A DNA stretch of 64,000 nt, taken from contig JAEIOE010000003.1 of assembly GCA_016342455.1 (NCBI GenBank), forward strand, positions 6,073 to 70,072. Direction: 5' to 3'. Within the stretch, counting starts at the first letter, position 1. Every line of letters starts with the position of its first letter. The notes below the pieces were generated by a model. It had not been told where the DNA came from. It searched no databases and saw only the letters and a program-made list of their open reading frames with translations. Origin of the DNA: Mycoplasmatota bacterium (GTDB taxonomy: Bacteria > Bacillota_I > Bacilli_A > Izemoplasmatales > Hujiaoplasmataceae). A program made the position numbers and the translations under genes. This document shows positions 51,235 through 60,820 of this stretch, piece after piece.

Positions 51235-53038
51235 ATTGCTCTGCTCCTTCTTGATAATATTTACCTTGGGTTAGAAACATAGATTGATAGGTTCCTTCTT
51301 TATTTTTCATTAATGATTCATGTGTACCATATTCAAGAATAACTCCATCTTCAAACAAAACAATATTATCGCAGAATTTAGTTGAAGCTAATCTATGAGA
51401 TATAATCAAAGCAGTTCTTTTGTTTATCAATGTTTTAAAGTTTTCATATATTTCTTTTTCTGCAATAGCATCTAATGATGCTGTTGGTTCATCAAGAATT
51501 ATAAGTGAAGTATTTTCTTTATATGAAGCTCTTGCTATTGATAATTTTTGCTTCTCTCCCCCACTAAAGTCTGTACCACTAGGATCAATTACTTTTAGTA
51601 ACTCTTGATGCTCTTCTTTTGGAAAAGATTTTATTTTTTTATCAAGTCCTGCTAGTTTGAGAGCAGTCATTGCTTTTTCGTGTTCTTTAGGGTCTTGACT
51701 TAATCCAACAATGTTCTCTAGAACTGATGCTGCATATACCAAAACTTCTTGAAATATTACAGCCAACTTATCTCGGTAATGCCCTAAATTGATAGTTTTT
51801 AAATCGAAACCATTAATTAAAATAACCCCATCTGTTGGTTCATAGAATCCACTAAGTAATTTTACTAATGTTGTTTTCCCAGAACCATTTATACCGACTA
51901 ATGCTAATCGTTCTCCTGAATTTATTTTTAAGTTAATATTTTTTAAAGCATATTTATCTGAATTTGGGTATTTAAAACTAACATTTACAAACTCAATATT
52001 TATAGTTTCCAAGTCAATCTCGATTCCTTCTTGTTTAGGGAAAAACTCATCATTTTCAAGAAATGATATATATTCACTCGTATAACTTGTATCCTCTTTA
52101 ATTTTAGCTATTTCAGTGAACATTCGTTGCAGTCCTAATGTAATAGCTAATGTTGCCCATATAATCGATGATACTTGTCCAATTGAAACTACACCATTCA
52201 TGTAGGAATTTGCGACTAGAAAATATGTTAACCCATTTGTTATTGTAATAAAAAACAAACCTGGGATAGTAAATCTAAATCCAATGACATTAAGTTTCTT
52301 GTATAAAGATGTAAATATATTTGATTTTTCTTTATGATTATTCAAGAACTCTTTTTGAATTTGATTAATCCTTATGTCTTTTCCATAAGAAAAGTCATGT
52401 CCAGTACGAAAAAAGTAGAGCGCTTTTCTTTCACTTTCGTTAAGTTCATCTCGATGGTTAAATTTGTATTTTTTTCCTCTTAAATCAAACTGGTACTGAA
52501 GCAATGATAAAATGAATGCAACTATAACAATAACAGGTTGAAACAAACCTAAGACTATTGTTAGACCTATCACTGTCAGAATTTGAGGAAACAATCGAAA
52601 TAGACTTCTCAATGTTCCTTCGTAACCCATGTCGTTATTACCAAGTGCTGCCCACAATGCTGTTGATCTTTTTGCCTGAAATGTTGGGTCCTCTAAATAC
52701 CGATATGAAACATGTCTATATTTCTTGAAAAAAACTTCCCCTTGCAAAAACTTTAGTGCCATAGCATTTCCACTAAAAATATTTAATGATATTGAGGACA
52801 ATAGCATTAATATAAGTATTGAAAACCCATAAATAGTAATCCACAAAAATAAATCATTAATGTTTTGAACAACAATTGCATCAATAATATATCTTGGTAA
52901 TAATACAGTAACAATGTTCAATATTCCTGCTGAAATTGCATAGAGTATATAAATAATAAATATAAACCTTTTCTTTGATTCTTTAATGGCATTTATGTGA
53001 TACTTAAATACTTCCCATGTAGTATATTTTGTTTTCAT
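51221..53038 (-). CDS. ABC exporter, fused TMD-NBD (partner subunit)
   Basis: GINGSGKTT, SGGEKQK, LDEPT, SHR; overlaps the next gene. Confidence 0.93.
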   Translation of the reverse strand: MKTKYTTWEVFKYHINAIKESKKRFIFIIYILYAISAGILNIVTVLLPRYIIDAIVVQNINDLFLWITIYGFSILILMLLSSISLNIFSGNAMALKFLQGEVFFKKYRHVSYRYLEDPTFQAKRSTALWAALGNNDMGYEGTLRSLFRLFPQILTVIGLTIVLGLFQPVIVIVAFILSLLQYQFDLRGKKYKFNHRDELNESERKALYFFRTGHDFSYGKDIRINQIQKEFLNNHKEKSNIFTSLYKKLNVIGFRFTIPGLFFITITNGLTYFLVANSYMNGVVSIGQVSSIIWATLAITLGLQRMFTEIAKIKEDTSYTSEYISFLENDEFFPKQEGIEIDLETINIEFVNVSFKYPNSDKYALKNINLKINSGERLALVGINGSGKTTLVKLLSGFYEPTDGVILINGFDLKTINLGHYRDKLAVIFQEVLVYAASVLENIVGLSQDPKEHEKAMTALKLAGLDKKIKSFPKEEHQELLKVIDPSGTDFSGGEKQKLSIARASYKENTSLIILDEPTASLDAIAEKEIYENFKTLINKRTALIISHRLASTKFCDNIVLFEDGVILEYGTHESLMKNKEGTYQSMFLTQGKYYQEGAEQYEAI

Positions 53039-53092
53039 AATCTATCTCCTTAAATCACCTTAATTGTAGTATGTTATTGTAGAATTTACAAT

Positions 53093-53106
53093 CAACTAAA
53101 AGTTGC
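53093..53106. promoter_or_regulatory. Candidate XRE operator upstream of the ABC operon
   Basis: GCAAC-N5-GTTGA on the - strand, abutting TTGTAA-17 bp-TACAAT. Confidence 0.55.
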
Positions 53107-53186
53107 ATATGATAAGTACATACTAGAAGACTACAATTATAAAACAATATACCCTTTGAAAGTGTCTGTCTTATATCTAAAAAGAA

Positions 53187-53230
53187 AAAATAGACATACT
53201 AGATTAATGATAATCTAGTATGTCTATTTT
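53187..53230. terminator. Terminator between the XRE operon and ABC operon
   Basis: Perfect 20-bp stem AAAATAGACATACTAGATTA/TAATCTAGTATGTCTATTTT. Confidence 0.9.
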
Positions 53231-53246
53231 AATTTCGATATTTATA

Positions 53247-53609
53247 CTATTCCTGTTTTATTTTTTTTGCGGATTCGAGAGCTTCTTTAAATAATAATTT
53301 TACTTGTTTTTGATCTAGAAAAGGCATAATTGTTTCGATTTGTAATTTTTCAATACTACCAGATTGGATTCTTTCAACTAAATTTGAAAGTTCTTCTGAA
53401 CTTAAAAATGGTAGGAATCCAGATGAACATACTTCAATTTTTCCCTCTAAAGACGCTTCAAATAATCTAGTTACATCTTCTTTTTCTAGAAACGGAACAA
53501 TTTGCATAATTGATATTTTCTCATCCGATATCTCATTATTTATAATTGAATCAACTAATTCCTTTATTTCTTCATTTTCTAAAAATGGTAACATTCTACT
53601 TAGTTTCAT
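53247..53609 (-). CDS. Small helical-repeat protein (four PFL repeats)
   Basis: MLPFLENEE, IVPFLEKED, FLPFLSSEE, IMPFLDQKQ; ATGA overlap with the XRE gene. Confidence 0.8.
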   Translation of the reverse strand: MKLSRMLPFLENEEIKELVDSIINNEISDEKISIMQIVPFLEKEDVTRLFEASLEGKIEVCSSGFLPFLSSEELSNLVERIQSGSIEKLQIETIMPFLDQKQVKLLFKEALESAKKIKQE

Positions 53610-54160
53610 TTTTTAATCTCCTTTATTTTTTTAATTTCACTCATTGTCATCATTTGATTCAAAACACATAAATCTAATTGTATGTGCCCTTCTTTATACT
53701 TATGAATAATCATATGTCTTTCTTCTAGTGACAATCTTGGCCATAGTTCACCACTAATTGATTGATTCTGATCGAATAGTAAAAAGATAGCATAAAGCCT
53801 TTCTTCTTTTGATAACAGATGAATGATATCTTGTAAATATATATCTTTGATTTTATTTAGTATTACCTCATGAATAATATATTGCCTGTTGTGTTCTTGA
53901 AATAATCTATCAAGATCAAAGTCATTTGCTATTGCGTCAAGACATAATAGCTCTTCTAAACTGACTGAATACAGTTTCATTAGAAAGCACATATTATCAA
54001 TTGATGGAAGAGAGATTCCGCGTTCCCATTTAGATACAGCTTGATGGGAGACAAAAAGCATTTCTGCTATATCATCTTGAGTATGTTCTTTCTTTTGCCT
54101 AAGTTCAGCTAGTTTTTTACCAATACGTAATAAATCAAGCAAACTAACACCTACTTTCAA
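53606..54160 (-). CDS. XRE-family HTH transcriptional regulator
   Basis: LRQKKEHTQDDIAEMLFVSHQAVSKWERG..LP. Confidence 0.92.
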   Translation of the reverse strand: MKVGVSLLDLLRIGKKLAELRQKKEHTQDDIAEMLFVSHQAVSKWERGISLPSIDNMCFLMKLYSVSLEELLCLDAIANDFDLDRLFQEHNRQYIIHEVILNKIKDIYLQDIIHLLSKEERLYAIFLLFDQNQSISGELWPRLSLEERHMIIHKYKEGHIQLDLCVLNQMMTMSEIKKIKEIKK

Positions 54161-54203
54161 TTTAAGTTCACCTTAATTATACAATATATTTTAAAAAATA
54201 AAA

Positions 54204-54218
54204 GCAACCTCTAGTTGC
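54204..54218. promoter_or_regulatory. Candidate XRE operator upstream of the XRE gene
   Basis: Palindrome GCAAC-N5-GTTGC, 22 nt upstream of TATAAT. Confidence 0.6.
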
Positions 54219-54315
54219 ACCTATGAATATTGACAATATAAACAAAACAAAATAAATCTCATTTTTTTAGTGGTTTTGCTAATAAAATTTACTAAATGCA
54301 TATCACAAAAAAAAT

Positions 54316-54396
54316 GCAACCAATTAAGGTTACATTTAGTCCTTTAATGGCGACCCGGAAGGGATTCGAACCCCCGACCGACGGCTTAGGAAGCCG
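54316..54396 (-). repeat. Island-distal att site: 81-bp direct repeat containing the 3' 49 nt of tRNA-Arg(CCT) plus terminator
   Basis: Identical to 60856-60936. Confidence 0.97.
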
Positions 54397-54698
54397 AATA
54401 GTCACATTTTTAATTAGTTTCTACTAAGTTACCATGCAAGTCTTCCTTGTTCTTCAATAACTTGTCCATCATAAAAGATAAACCTACTAAAATTATCTCC
54501 ATAATCTACTAAGAATCCTACATACGTAGTTCATCACAAAATGACGAATGTGCGGGGGTTTATTCGTCCATTTCTAGCAAATATTATATATATATTATTT
54601 TCTGTGTAAGCCTACCGTTAAATTACTGTCAAGAGATACTCTTAAATAATATAAAACGACAAAAAAAACTTTTGTTAAAAATATATAAATAGACAAAT

Positions 54699-54727
54699 AA
54701 AAGGAAGCAGTTTTGAACTGCTTCTTT
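54699..54727 (-). terminator. Terminator after the methyltransferase
   Basis: GAAGCAGTT/AACTGCTTC plus T-run on the - strand. Confidence 0.8.
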
Positions 54728-54771
54728 GTATATTTTAATATAAATTTGTCTCCAGCTGTTAATACTTCAAA

Positions 54772-56001
54772 TTAATATACTTTTAATCTGTCTTTAGTTT
54801 TTTTATATACAATTACATATTCATTATTCATTGATGATATTTCAGTATTATCAACTTTTATTACTCTAGGTGTTCTTTTCCTTTGTATTTCTCTACTATA
54901 TTCGTTTATGAATTCTAGACCCTTAATGTTAAAAACATCTTTAGTGATTCTAGTTAAGTCAATCAATATTTTATCAACAGTTCTATTACCGAGAGTTAAA
55001 ATCAGATGACCACTAGTTATCCTTATTGCTTGATAAAGAAAGTCAAAGTAATCTCTCATAAACGATTTCACTTTCTTTACCTTGTCTTCGTTGATATTAG
55101 AAATATAGGGTTCAACAATTTTATATTCCTCTTCAGTTAAAGCTTTATTTCTTAAATGTCCACCTAGACTTTTCGAATCTATTATTGAATAATTTTCTAG
55201 TTCCCATCCTTCTAAATCTAAATCGTCTGCATTAATCCAGAATAATACTAATGATGAAAACTGTCCATATGGAACTGTGGTGTGATTATCCCCATAAGGT
55301 GGACTAGTAATAAGAATATCAAAGAAATCATCATTGAAAACATCAAGATATTGGATAGAATCATTTTTTGCAAGTTCTTTGTAATTGTAGTTGTTACAAT
55401 AGAATTTTTTGCCTTCCTGAAGAGATTTAATATAATGTTCCTCTATTTTCTCACTATTAATGTTATCGATTTTATCGGAGGGTTTCATGTGTAATTTATA
55501 TGTTGAAGATCTTGTGTTCGAGAATTTCCTTACTAGATTTGAAAATATAACCCAAAAGAACTTTCTATCTAAATTGTCTTTTTCAAGATTAATAGCTGCT
55601 CTTATTTTTGATAACGTCTTTATAACATCTTGCCTATACCATTTTTCTATATTTTCGAAATGATGAATCTCAAAGTTCATATCACTATTTAATCGCTTAA
55701 TTAATTGATTAATACTATTATTAATGTTTTTAGATGTCCCATCTAATTTTGTTTGGGTTATCAACTTTGCAAAGGGATTAATGTCACATCCATAAATTTG
55801 AACTTTTCTTGATATATTAGCGACTTCATAAAGGGATGTTCCAGAACCATAAAATGGATCTATTATTTTTGTTCCCATTTGGGTGTCAACATACTGAAGC
55901 AAAATATCCTTTTGTGCCGGTGCAATCATTGTAGCTGGATATAGTACAGTCCCATGAATGTCACTTTTTTTGTTATATTCTTGATAAGAAATATCCATCA
56001 T
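54772..56001 (-). CDS. DNA methyltransferase, N4-cytosine alpha-class, M.MvaI-like
   Basis: YPATMI, motif I DPFYGSGT, GCDINP, SNTR, motif IV TSPPYGD..TVPYGQFS, GNRTV. Confidence 0.88.
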   Translation of the reverse strand: MMDISYQEYNKKSDIHGTVLYPATMIAPAQKDILLQYVDTQMGTKIIDPFYGSGTSLYEVANISRKVQIYGCDINPFAKLITQTKLDGTSKNINNSINQLIKRLNSDMNFEIHHFENIEKWYRQDVIKTLSKIRAAINLEKDNLDRKFFWVIFSNLVRKFSNTRSSTYKLHMKPSDKIDNINSEKIEEHYIKSLQEGKKFYCNNYNYKELAKNDSIQYLDVFNDDFFDILITSPPYGDNHTTVPYGQFSSLVLFWINADDLDLEGWELENYSIIDSKSLGGHLRNKALTEEEYKIVEPYISNINEDKVKKVKSFMRDYFDFLYQAIRITSGHLILTLGNRTVDKILIDLTRITKDVFNIKGLEFINEYSREIQRKRTPRVIKVDNTEISSMNNEYVIVYKKTKDRLKVY

Positions 56002-56090
56002 TTATTTTTCCTTTCAAAGAGGGTTAATATATATATTACAATATTCTGGCATAAATTAACAGGATAATCTGTTGATTGTATAAATATTAT

Positions 56091-58262
56091 TTAATTAGAC
56101 AGTTTTTCATTAACAAAATCATTAATTAATATTTCATTTACGATTACTACAAAAAAAGCTATATGTTTTCCTAAGTCTTCAATATCGCTTTCACTTATGT
56201 GCATAGTTGAGCTATGAGTCGCTAAATTAGATTTTCTAACAGCATCACCAAATGCAGCTGTTGGTTTTGTCCCACTACTAATAAGTAGTTTATTTTTTAA
56301 AGCTTCAATAGATATACTTGTATTATTGGCTATGCTTTCCCTTATATCTTTATCGTTGATAAGGTTTATAACTTTATTCACTGCAACCTCTAAGTTTTTT
56401 GAGTATTTATCTTCATTAGGGAGTATTGAATTTCTAATTAATACTTGTATTGATAAGTCAAAAATAGTTCTTAAAGAGCAAGCTAGAACTTCTCTTTTAT
56501 CATCTTTTTTAATTGAATCATTTTGATATAACATATTAATTTGATTAATGAGTTTTGATACAAAATAATCATATGTTATTTTATAATCCGGTCTAGTGTA
56601 CAATGGTAATAAGTAGTTTTCACCTGTTTCAGCTACCAAGGGTTCTTCGGATTTATCAAATCTTATTTTTAGTGGTTCATTATGTGGACCGGTAATAGGA
56701 TCGTTATACGAAAATACAATTTCTACTTCTTGTTTACTGTCTATACCGCGTAAAATTTTATTGCTTGAGTTTACTCCATTTATTAAAACTTTTATTTCAT
56801 CTTTAATATTTTCAAGTTTACTATTCCTTGCATCTTCAACATAAGTCATTAAATCAATTTGTTGACTAGGTATAGCCATTATATCAAAACTCTTTATTAG
56901 TTTTATTCTAACGGGAAAAGTTTCATCCTTTTTCAATTTAGGAAGAGTATACGTTCCTAAATTATGTTTCATGAATTTGAAAGTGATTTTTTTGTTGTTA
57001 ATTGAGGTACTTATTAAACTTGAATGCTTAAACGAGGGATTTATACAAAATGATTTTATTGCAGTAATGTTGTCTTCATATGAATCACCTGGTAAAGATG
57101 GCATACCTTCAGGATAATTCTTTATGATTTTGTCTTTTTTAACTAATCCAAATTTATTCTCAGAACCCTTTGTCTGTATTTCAATATTAATTCTCTGTAA
57201 GAAATGAATTAATTCGTTTGAAAAAGAGTTATCTACTAATTTTGTTCTTTCAGCATTAAATTCTAATTCAGAATTTGTACTATATATATTAATGTATCCT
57301 GCAATTTGAGGTAAAACAATAGCACTCCTTATAGATCTTGTAATGCTTGGATTAAAAAGTTCATGAGATTGAAAAAGATTGTTATTAATATATACTAGTG
57401 GAGCAATAAACCTATCGTTTGATGTTCTAAAGATAAATAAAGGATCTGCCTCTTCTACGGAGGTACCTTTTAAGTCATAAATTGTTAAGCACAAGTCTAT
57501 TTCAAACTTATTTGATTCTTTTATAAATTCCGATTCGAATAACTCAATACTATTTTGACTGAATATAATTTTTCCAATCTTTGAATCATATTTTACAGTG
57601 TAAATTATTTTGTCTGAGAATTCTTCGTTATATGTATTCACTTCATTAGTGCTGGATATAATTTCATTGTTTATATTTAGATTGATAGACATACTTTTGT
57701 CTGAAAACGAATTTAGGATTTTTTCAGAATTTTCTTGATTTTCAAAAGTCCTTAAAAATTCTTTTTCAGTTTTTTCTGTCATAGCAATTCTTATAAATGT
57801 GTAATTTTTAACATTATTAACATTTTCTTCTTCAATTTTAAATCGTTTGTCAGATGCATTATCTTGTAGTTCTATTTCACGTATATTCATTGAAAAGAGT
57901 CTTTTAACATTATTATTAACACTTTCCCAATAAGCTTCTTCTCCAAACTTAAATACTGATAAAAAACCTAAGCCTTTTGACCCTTGAGTAATTCTACCAC
58001 ATTTGTTTTTATGTCCATATTTTTTTGAGCTCTTGGATACAGAAAGAAGAGTAGTGATACCTTTTTTATCCATGCCTTCTCCATCATCTCTAATTATTAA
58101 CGAGTTACTTTCGCTAGAATAGATTATTTCAACCTTTTTTGCACAAGCATCATAGGCATTTTTTAGTAACTCATTTAAGGCAATATACATGTTTGGTAAT
58201 TTTTCAGATACCTCTTTTAATATTTGACCAGAAATCTTTAATTGTTCTTCATAATAACTCAT
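56091..58262 (-). CDS. MORC-type GHKL ATPase with C-terminal HEPN-like helical domain
   Basis: ELLKNAYDA, RDDGEGM, GSKGLGF; S5-like PQIAGYINI/FNAERTKL; C-terminal SLRTIFDLS and RKSNLATH. Confidence 0.8.
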   Translation of the reverse strand: MSYYEEQLKISGQILKEVSEKLPNMYIALNELLKNAYDACAKKVEIIYSSESNSLIIRDDGEGMDKKGITTLLSVSKSSKKYGHKNKCGRITQGSKGLGFLSVFKFGEEAYWESVNNNVKRLFSMNIREIELQDNASDKRFKIEEENVNNVKNYTFIRIAMTEKTEKEFLRTFENQENSEKILNSFSDKSMSINLNINNEIISSTNEVNTYNEEFSDKIIYTVKYDSKIGKIIFSQNSIELFESEFIKESNKFEIDLCLTIYDLKGTSVEEADPLFIFRTSNDRFIAPLVYINNNLFQSHELFNPSITRSIRSAIVLPQIAGYINIYSTNSELEFNAERTKLVDNSFSNELIHFLQRINIEIQTKGSENKFGLVKKDKIIKNYPEGMPSLPGDSYEDNITAIKSFCINPSFKHSSLISTSINNKKITFKFMKHNLGTYTLPKLKKDETFPVRIKLIKSFDIMAIPSQQIDLMTYVEDARNSKLENIKDEIKVLINGVNSSNKILRGIDSKQEVEIVFSYNDPITGPHNEPLKIRFDKSEEPLVAETGENYLLPLYTRPDYKITYDYFVSKLINQINMLYQNDSIKKDDKREVLACSLRTIFDLSIQVLIRNSILPNEDKYSKNLEVAVNKVINLINDKDIRESIANNTSISIEALKNKLLISSGTKPTAAFGDAVRKSNLATHSSTMHISESDIEDLGKHIAFFVVIVNEILINDFVNEKLSN

Positions 58263-58457
58263 AAAATACCTCCATTATTCATTTTACTACAAATGGATAT
58301 ATATTTATATAGGTTTGAAAGTATTTTAATTAAATTCTAAAGTTAAATCAGTCAAAGTTGATATCCTAGTATCGTAATAAGTCTGCATCGATAGTTATTG
58401 TCTGGAATCAACAATAATATTTAGCCTGAGCGCTAATACTATTCTGTTTGTAAAGTA

Positions 58458-58488
58458 ATAGCCCATGAACATTGTGTTCATGGGCTAT
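58458..58488. repeat. Perfect 14-bp inverted repeat in the island intergenic region
   Basis: ATAGCCCATGAACA-TTG-TGTTCATGGGCTAT. Confidence 0.9.
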
Positions 58489-58637
58489 AACATTTGATAT
58501 ATTATGTAAATATTGATGTTTTCTACTTTATGAAAATATGATATTGCTCTTCTGAAATAAAATCAACAATCAATTCTTCATTAAATTCAGTATGTTGGAT
58601 TCATTATTATATAATAGTTTCATTAATTGTTTCTCCT

Positions 58638-59249
58638 TTAGTCAAAAATAGTTCTACCTTTTATAGTTAAGAAAAGTATATTAAGTTCAATACGTTGTTC
58701 ATTGCAATTCTCAATTTTTTTATTAAAAAGTTCTAGATTTTCTATATATTCGTTGTCTTCTTTTGATTTAATTTTATCTGATCCGTATAACGAGTATAGT
58801 AATAAAGAGGATGCAATAACTTTCATATGTTCAGTAGCATATTTGATAAGTTTTGAATAATATTGTGGGGGAAAAATGGATTGAGACAACTCAACTACTT
58901 TAACAAACTCATTATGAAAGTCAAAAGCTTCTTTAAGAGTTTTGTCTAATTGTTTAATTATACCATCTTCTCTTTTTATGAGCTTTTCAAAATTATAATG
59001 ATGAATATTAGATAGTTTCTCATTATATTCTGTTTGAGTTTGTGCTGTCTTAATAATATTTTGATATGCTTCGTATTGCTTTTCGTGATTATATTTTACT
59101 ATTTCAGATTTTAACTTAATTTCTTCTATATCTTTATTATTTTTTGACGTGTTTTTTTGTAGTAAAAAAAAGCTAATTACTGTCCAAACTAATACTAAAG
59201 TTGTTAGTAAATATGATACTCCGTAGTCTGTGAACCAATTTAGAAACAT
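58638..59249 (-). CDS. Hypothetical protein, single N-terminal TM plus helical domain
   Basis: 203 aa, AGGAG RBS, TM at residues about 12-31. Confidence 0.8.
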   Translation of the reverse strand: MFLNWFTDYGVSYLLTTLVLVWTVISFFLLQKNTSKNNKDIEEIKLKSEIVKYNHEKQYEAYQNIIKTAQTQTEYNEKLSNIHHYNFEKLIKREDGIIKQLDKTLKEAFDFHNEFVKVVELSQSIFPPQYYSKLIKYATEHMKVIASSLLLYSLYGSDKIKSKEDNEYIENLELFNKKIENCNEQRIELNILFLTIKGRTIFD

Positions 59250-59307
59250 ATTACTCTCCTTTTATTTATTCTTCATATTTTTAATAAATATCTATGCAGC
59301 CCCTAAG

Positions 59308-60141
59308 TTATATCTGATTACTAGCTAGATAATTTATGAAAGCTGAACATGATACAAGCATGTACTGGGCTTCCGCTAAAGTGTGAATAGAATCCAGACC
59401 ATAACTATGTCTAATTCCATCTTGATCACTAGTATATCCATATAAAGAAGTGAAAGCATTCTTAAGAGCTGGATGAATAGTGATCTTATTTTCTAATAGC
59501 GATAAAGCCTTTCCTAGTGTAACTTTCGATTCAGCAATTTCATTACATGCTGATTCTACTGCTAAAATACAATCTTTCATCCCATTTGCAAAATCGGGTT
59601 TATCTCTATTGAAGATTAAGTTAATAGCATTAGATATAAACACGTGTGCTTTGTTAAAAGGTGATTGTAATGCTTTGTTAACTTCCTCTAGTTCAATTTT
59701 AGAGACGATATTAGTGAATTTTCCATTTATCATTCTATAACCTACAAACTCATGTTCAAAAATACCATTAATTGAAGAAACTAGATTAATGTCATGGAAA
59801 TCCGAATAATAGTAATTATCTGAAATAATATAACCAATCAATGGTTCGAAATAAGAAAGAATTTCTGAGTAATTCCATGATTCACTAATACAACGATTAA
59901 CGTTCATTCTTACAAAATCTCTACCTTTATATTGATTAATTGGTAGAACAAATATTTCTGTATAAATGTATTCAGCAATTTCATAATTTGAGTATACTGA
60001 TTTAGCAAATATTATTTCATTAAAATTAATCAATCTAGATCTGACTCTTTCATTAAAACTTTCTAATTGAACAGTATCATCAATTTTATCTATATTCTCT
60101 CTATCTGAAAATGTTCCTCTTTTTCTTGGTACATAATCCAT
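59308..60141 (-). CDS. AbiJ N-terminal domain 4-like protein with HEPN-type C-terminus
   Basis: FSDRE..QLESFNERVRSRL N-terminus; HPALKNAFTSLYGYTSDQDGIRH C-terminus. Confidence 0.75.
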   Translation of the reverse strand: MDYVPRKRGTFSDRENIDKIDDTVQLESFNERVRSRLINFNEIIFAKSVYSNYEIAEYIYTEIFVLPINQYKGRDFVRMNVNRCISESWNYSEILSYFEPLIGYIISDNYYYSDFHDINLVSSINGIFEHEFVGYRMINGKFTNIVSKIELEEVNKALQSPFNKAHVFISNAINLIFNRDKPDFANGMKDCILAVESACNEIAESKVTLGKALSLLENKITIHPALKNAFTSLYGYTSDQDGIRHSYGLDSIHTLAEAQYMLVSCSAFINYLASNQI

Positions 60142-60598
60142 AGTATCTTCTCCTTCTTTTTACTAACAAAAGTTGGTAAACCTCACTCTTTGTAAAATTT
60201 GTTTTGATTAATTTACTTTTTCTCTCTATACTTAAACAGCTCAAAATTAACTGTTTTCGGATATTTTTTAAAATTGTTTCTAGTTAAATTTTTTACGTTG
60301 TTATATTTCATTGACTAAGTAACTTCATTTAATTGCTTTTTTTTACCTGTTTAAGCTTTTGAAAATAACATATACCAATATTCATTATAGAACTAATATA
60401 TGTATTTGTAAATGGGTTGAATTAAAAACCTTATCTAAAATATGTCCTATCTTCCTCTACACATAAAAAGATGCTAGCATTATGAACTACTAAATTCTAT
60501 TCTTTTTTAAAGTGCCAACTATATGTGTTCGCTATAATTTGCTGGTTGTTTATTTACAACTTTATTAATTTGTTGTAAATTAAATTATACTACTATAA

Positions 60599-60793
60599 TT
60601 GCGTAAAAAACTCTCTATAAGTCTTCATAAGTGGAGACAGACATTTGCCACTAGGTTTGTTAAAAAGAATGGTAACATGGAGGTTTTAAGGCAAATAATG
60701 GGACATACTAGCTTAAGAACTACACAAAAGTATTTACAAATTGATAAAGACGTTTTACATAAAGAATATTTAAGAGTTTCTAGTATTAACTGA
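60599..60793 (+). pseudogene. C-terminal remnant of a tyrosine recombinase/integrase
   Basis: HKWRQTFAT, LRQIMGHTSLRTTQKY; only 64 aa, no RBS. Confidence 0.88.
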
Positions 60794-60820
60794 ACAACGG
60801 CCGTGCAATGAACAACGGCC
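60791..60820 (+). repeat. Tandem 12-bp direct repeat, candidate integrase arm sites
   Basis: TGAACAACGGCC at 60791 and 60809. Confidence 0.6.

Noticed and set aside
54400-54600. Frame with TGA-TGA that would read through under genetic code 4, and a GACGAAT/ATTCGTC inverted repeat near the att site
   Set aside because: No start or RBS and no recognisable product; too weak to claim a code-4 relic or functional site.
58467-58479. GAAC-N5-GTTC resembling a LexA (Cheo) box
   Set aside because: Spacing is N5 rather than N4, and it is simply the core of the 14-bp hairpin.
58485-58512. TTATGTAAATA resembling a XerD arm (second dif)
   Set aside because: The left arm does not resemble a XerC site, so there is no dyad.
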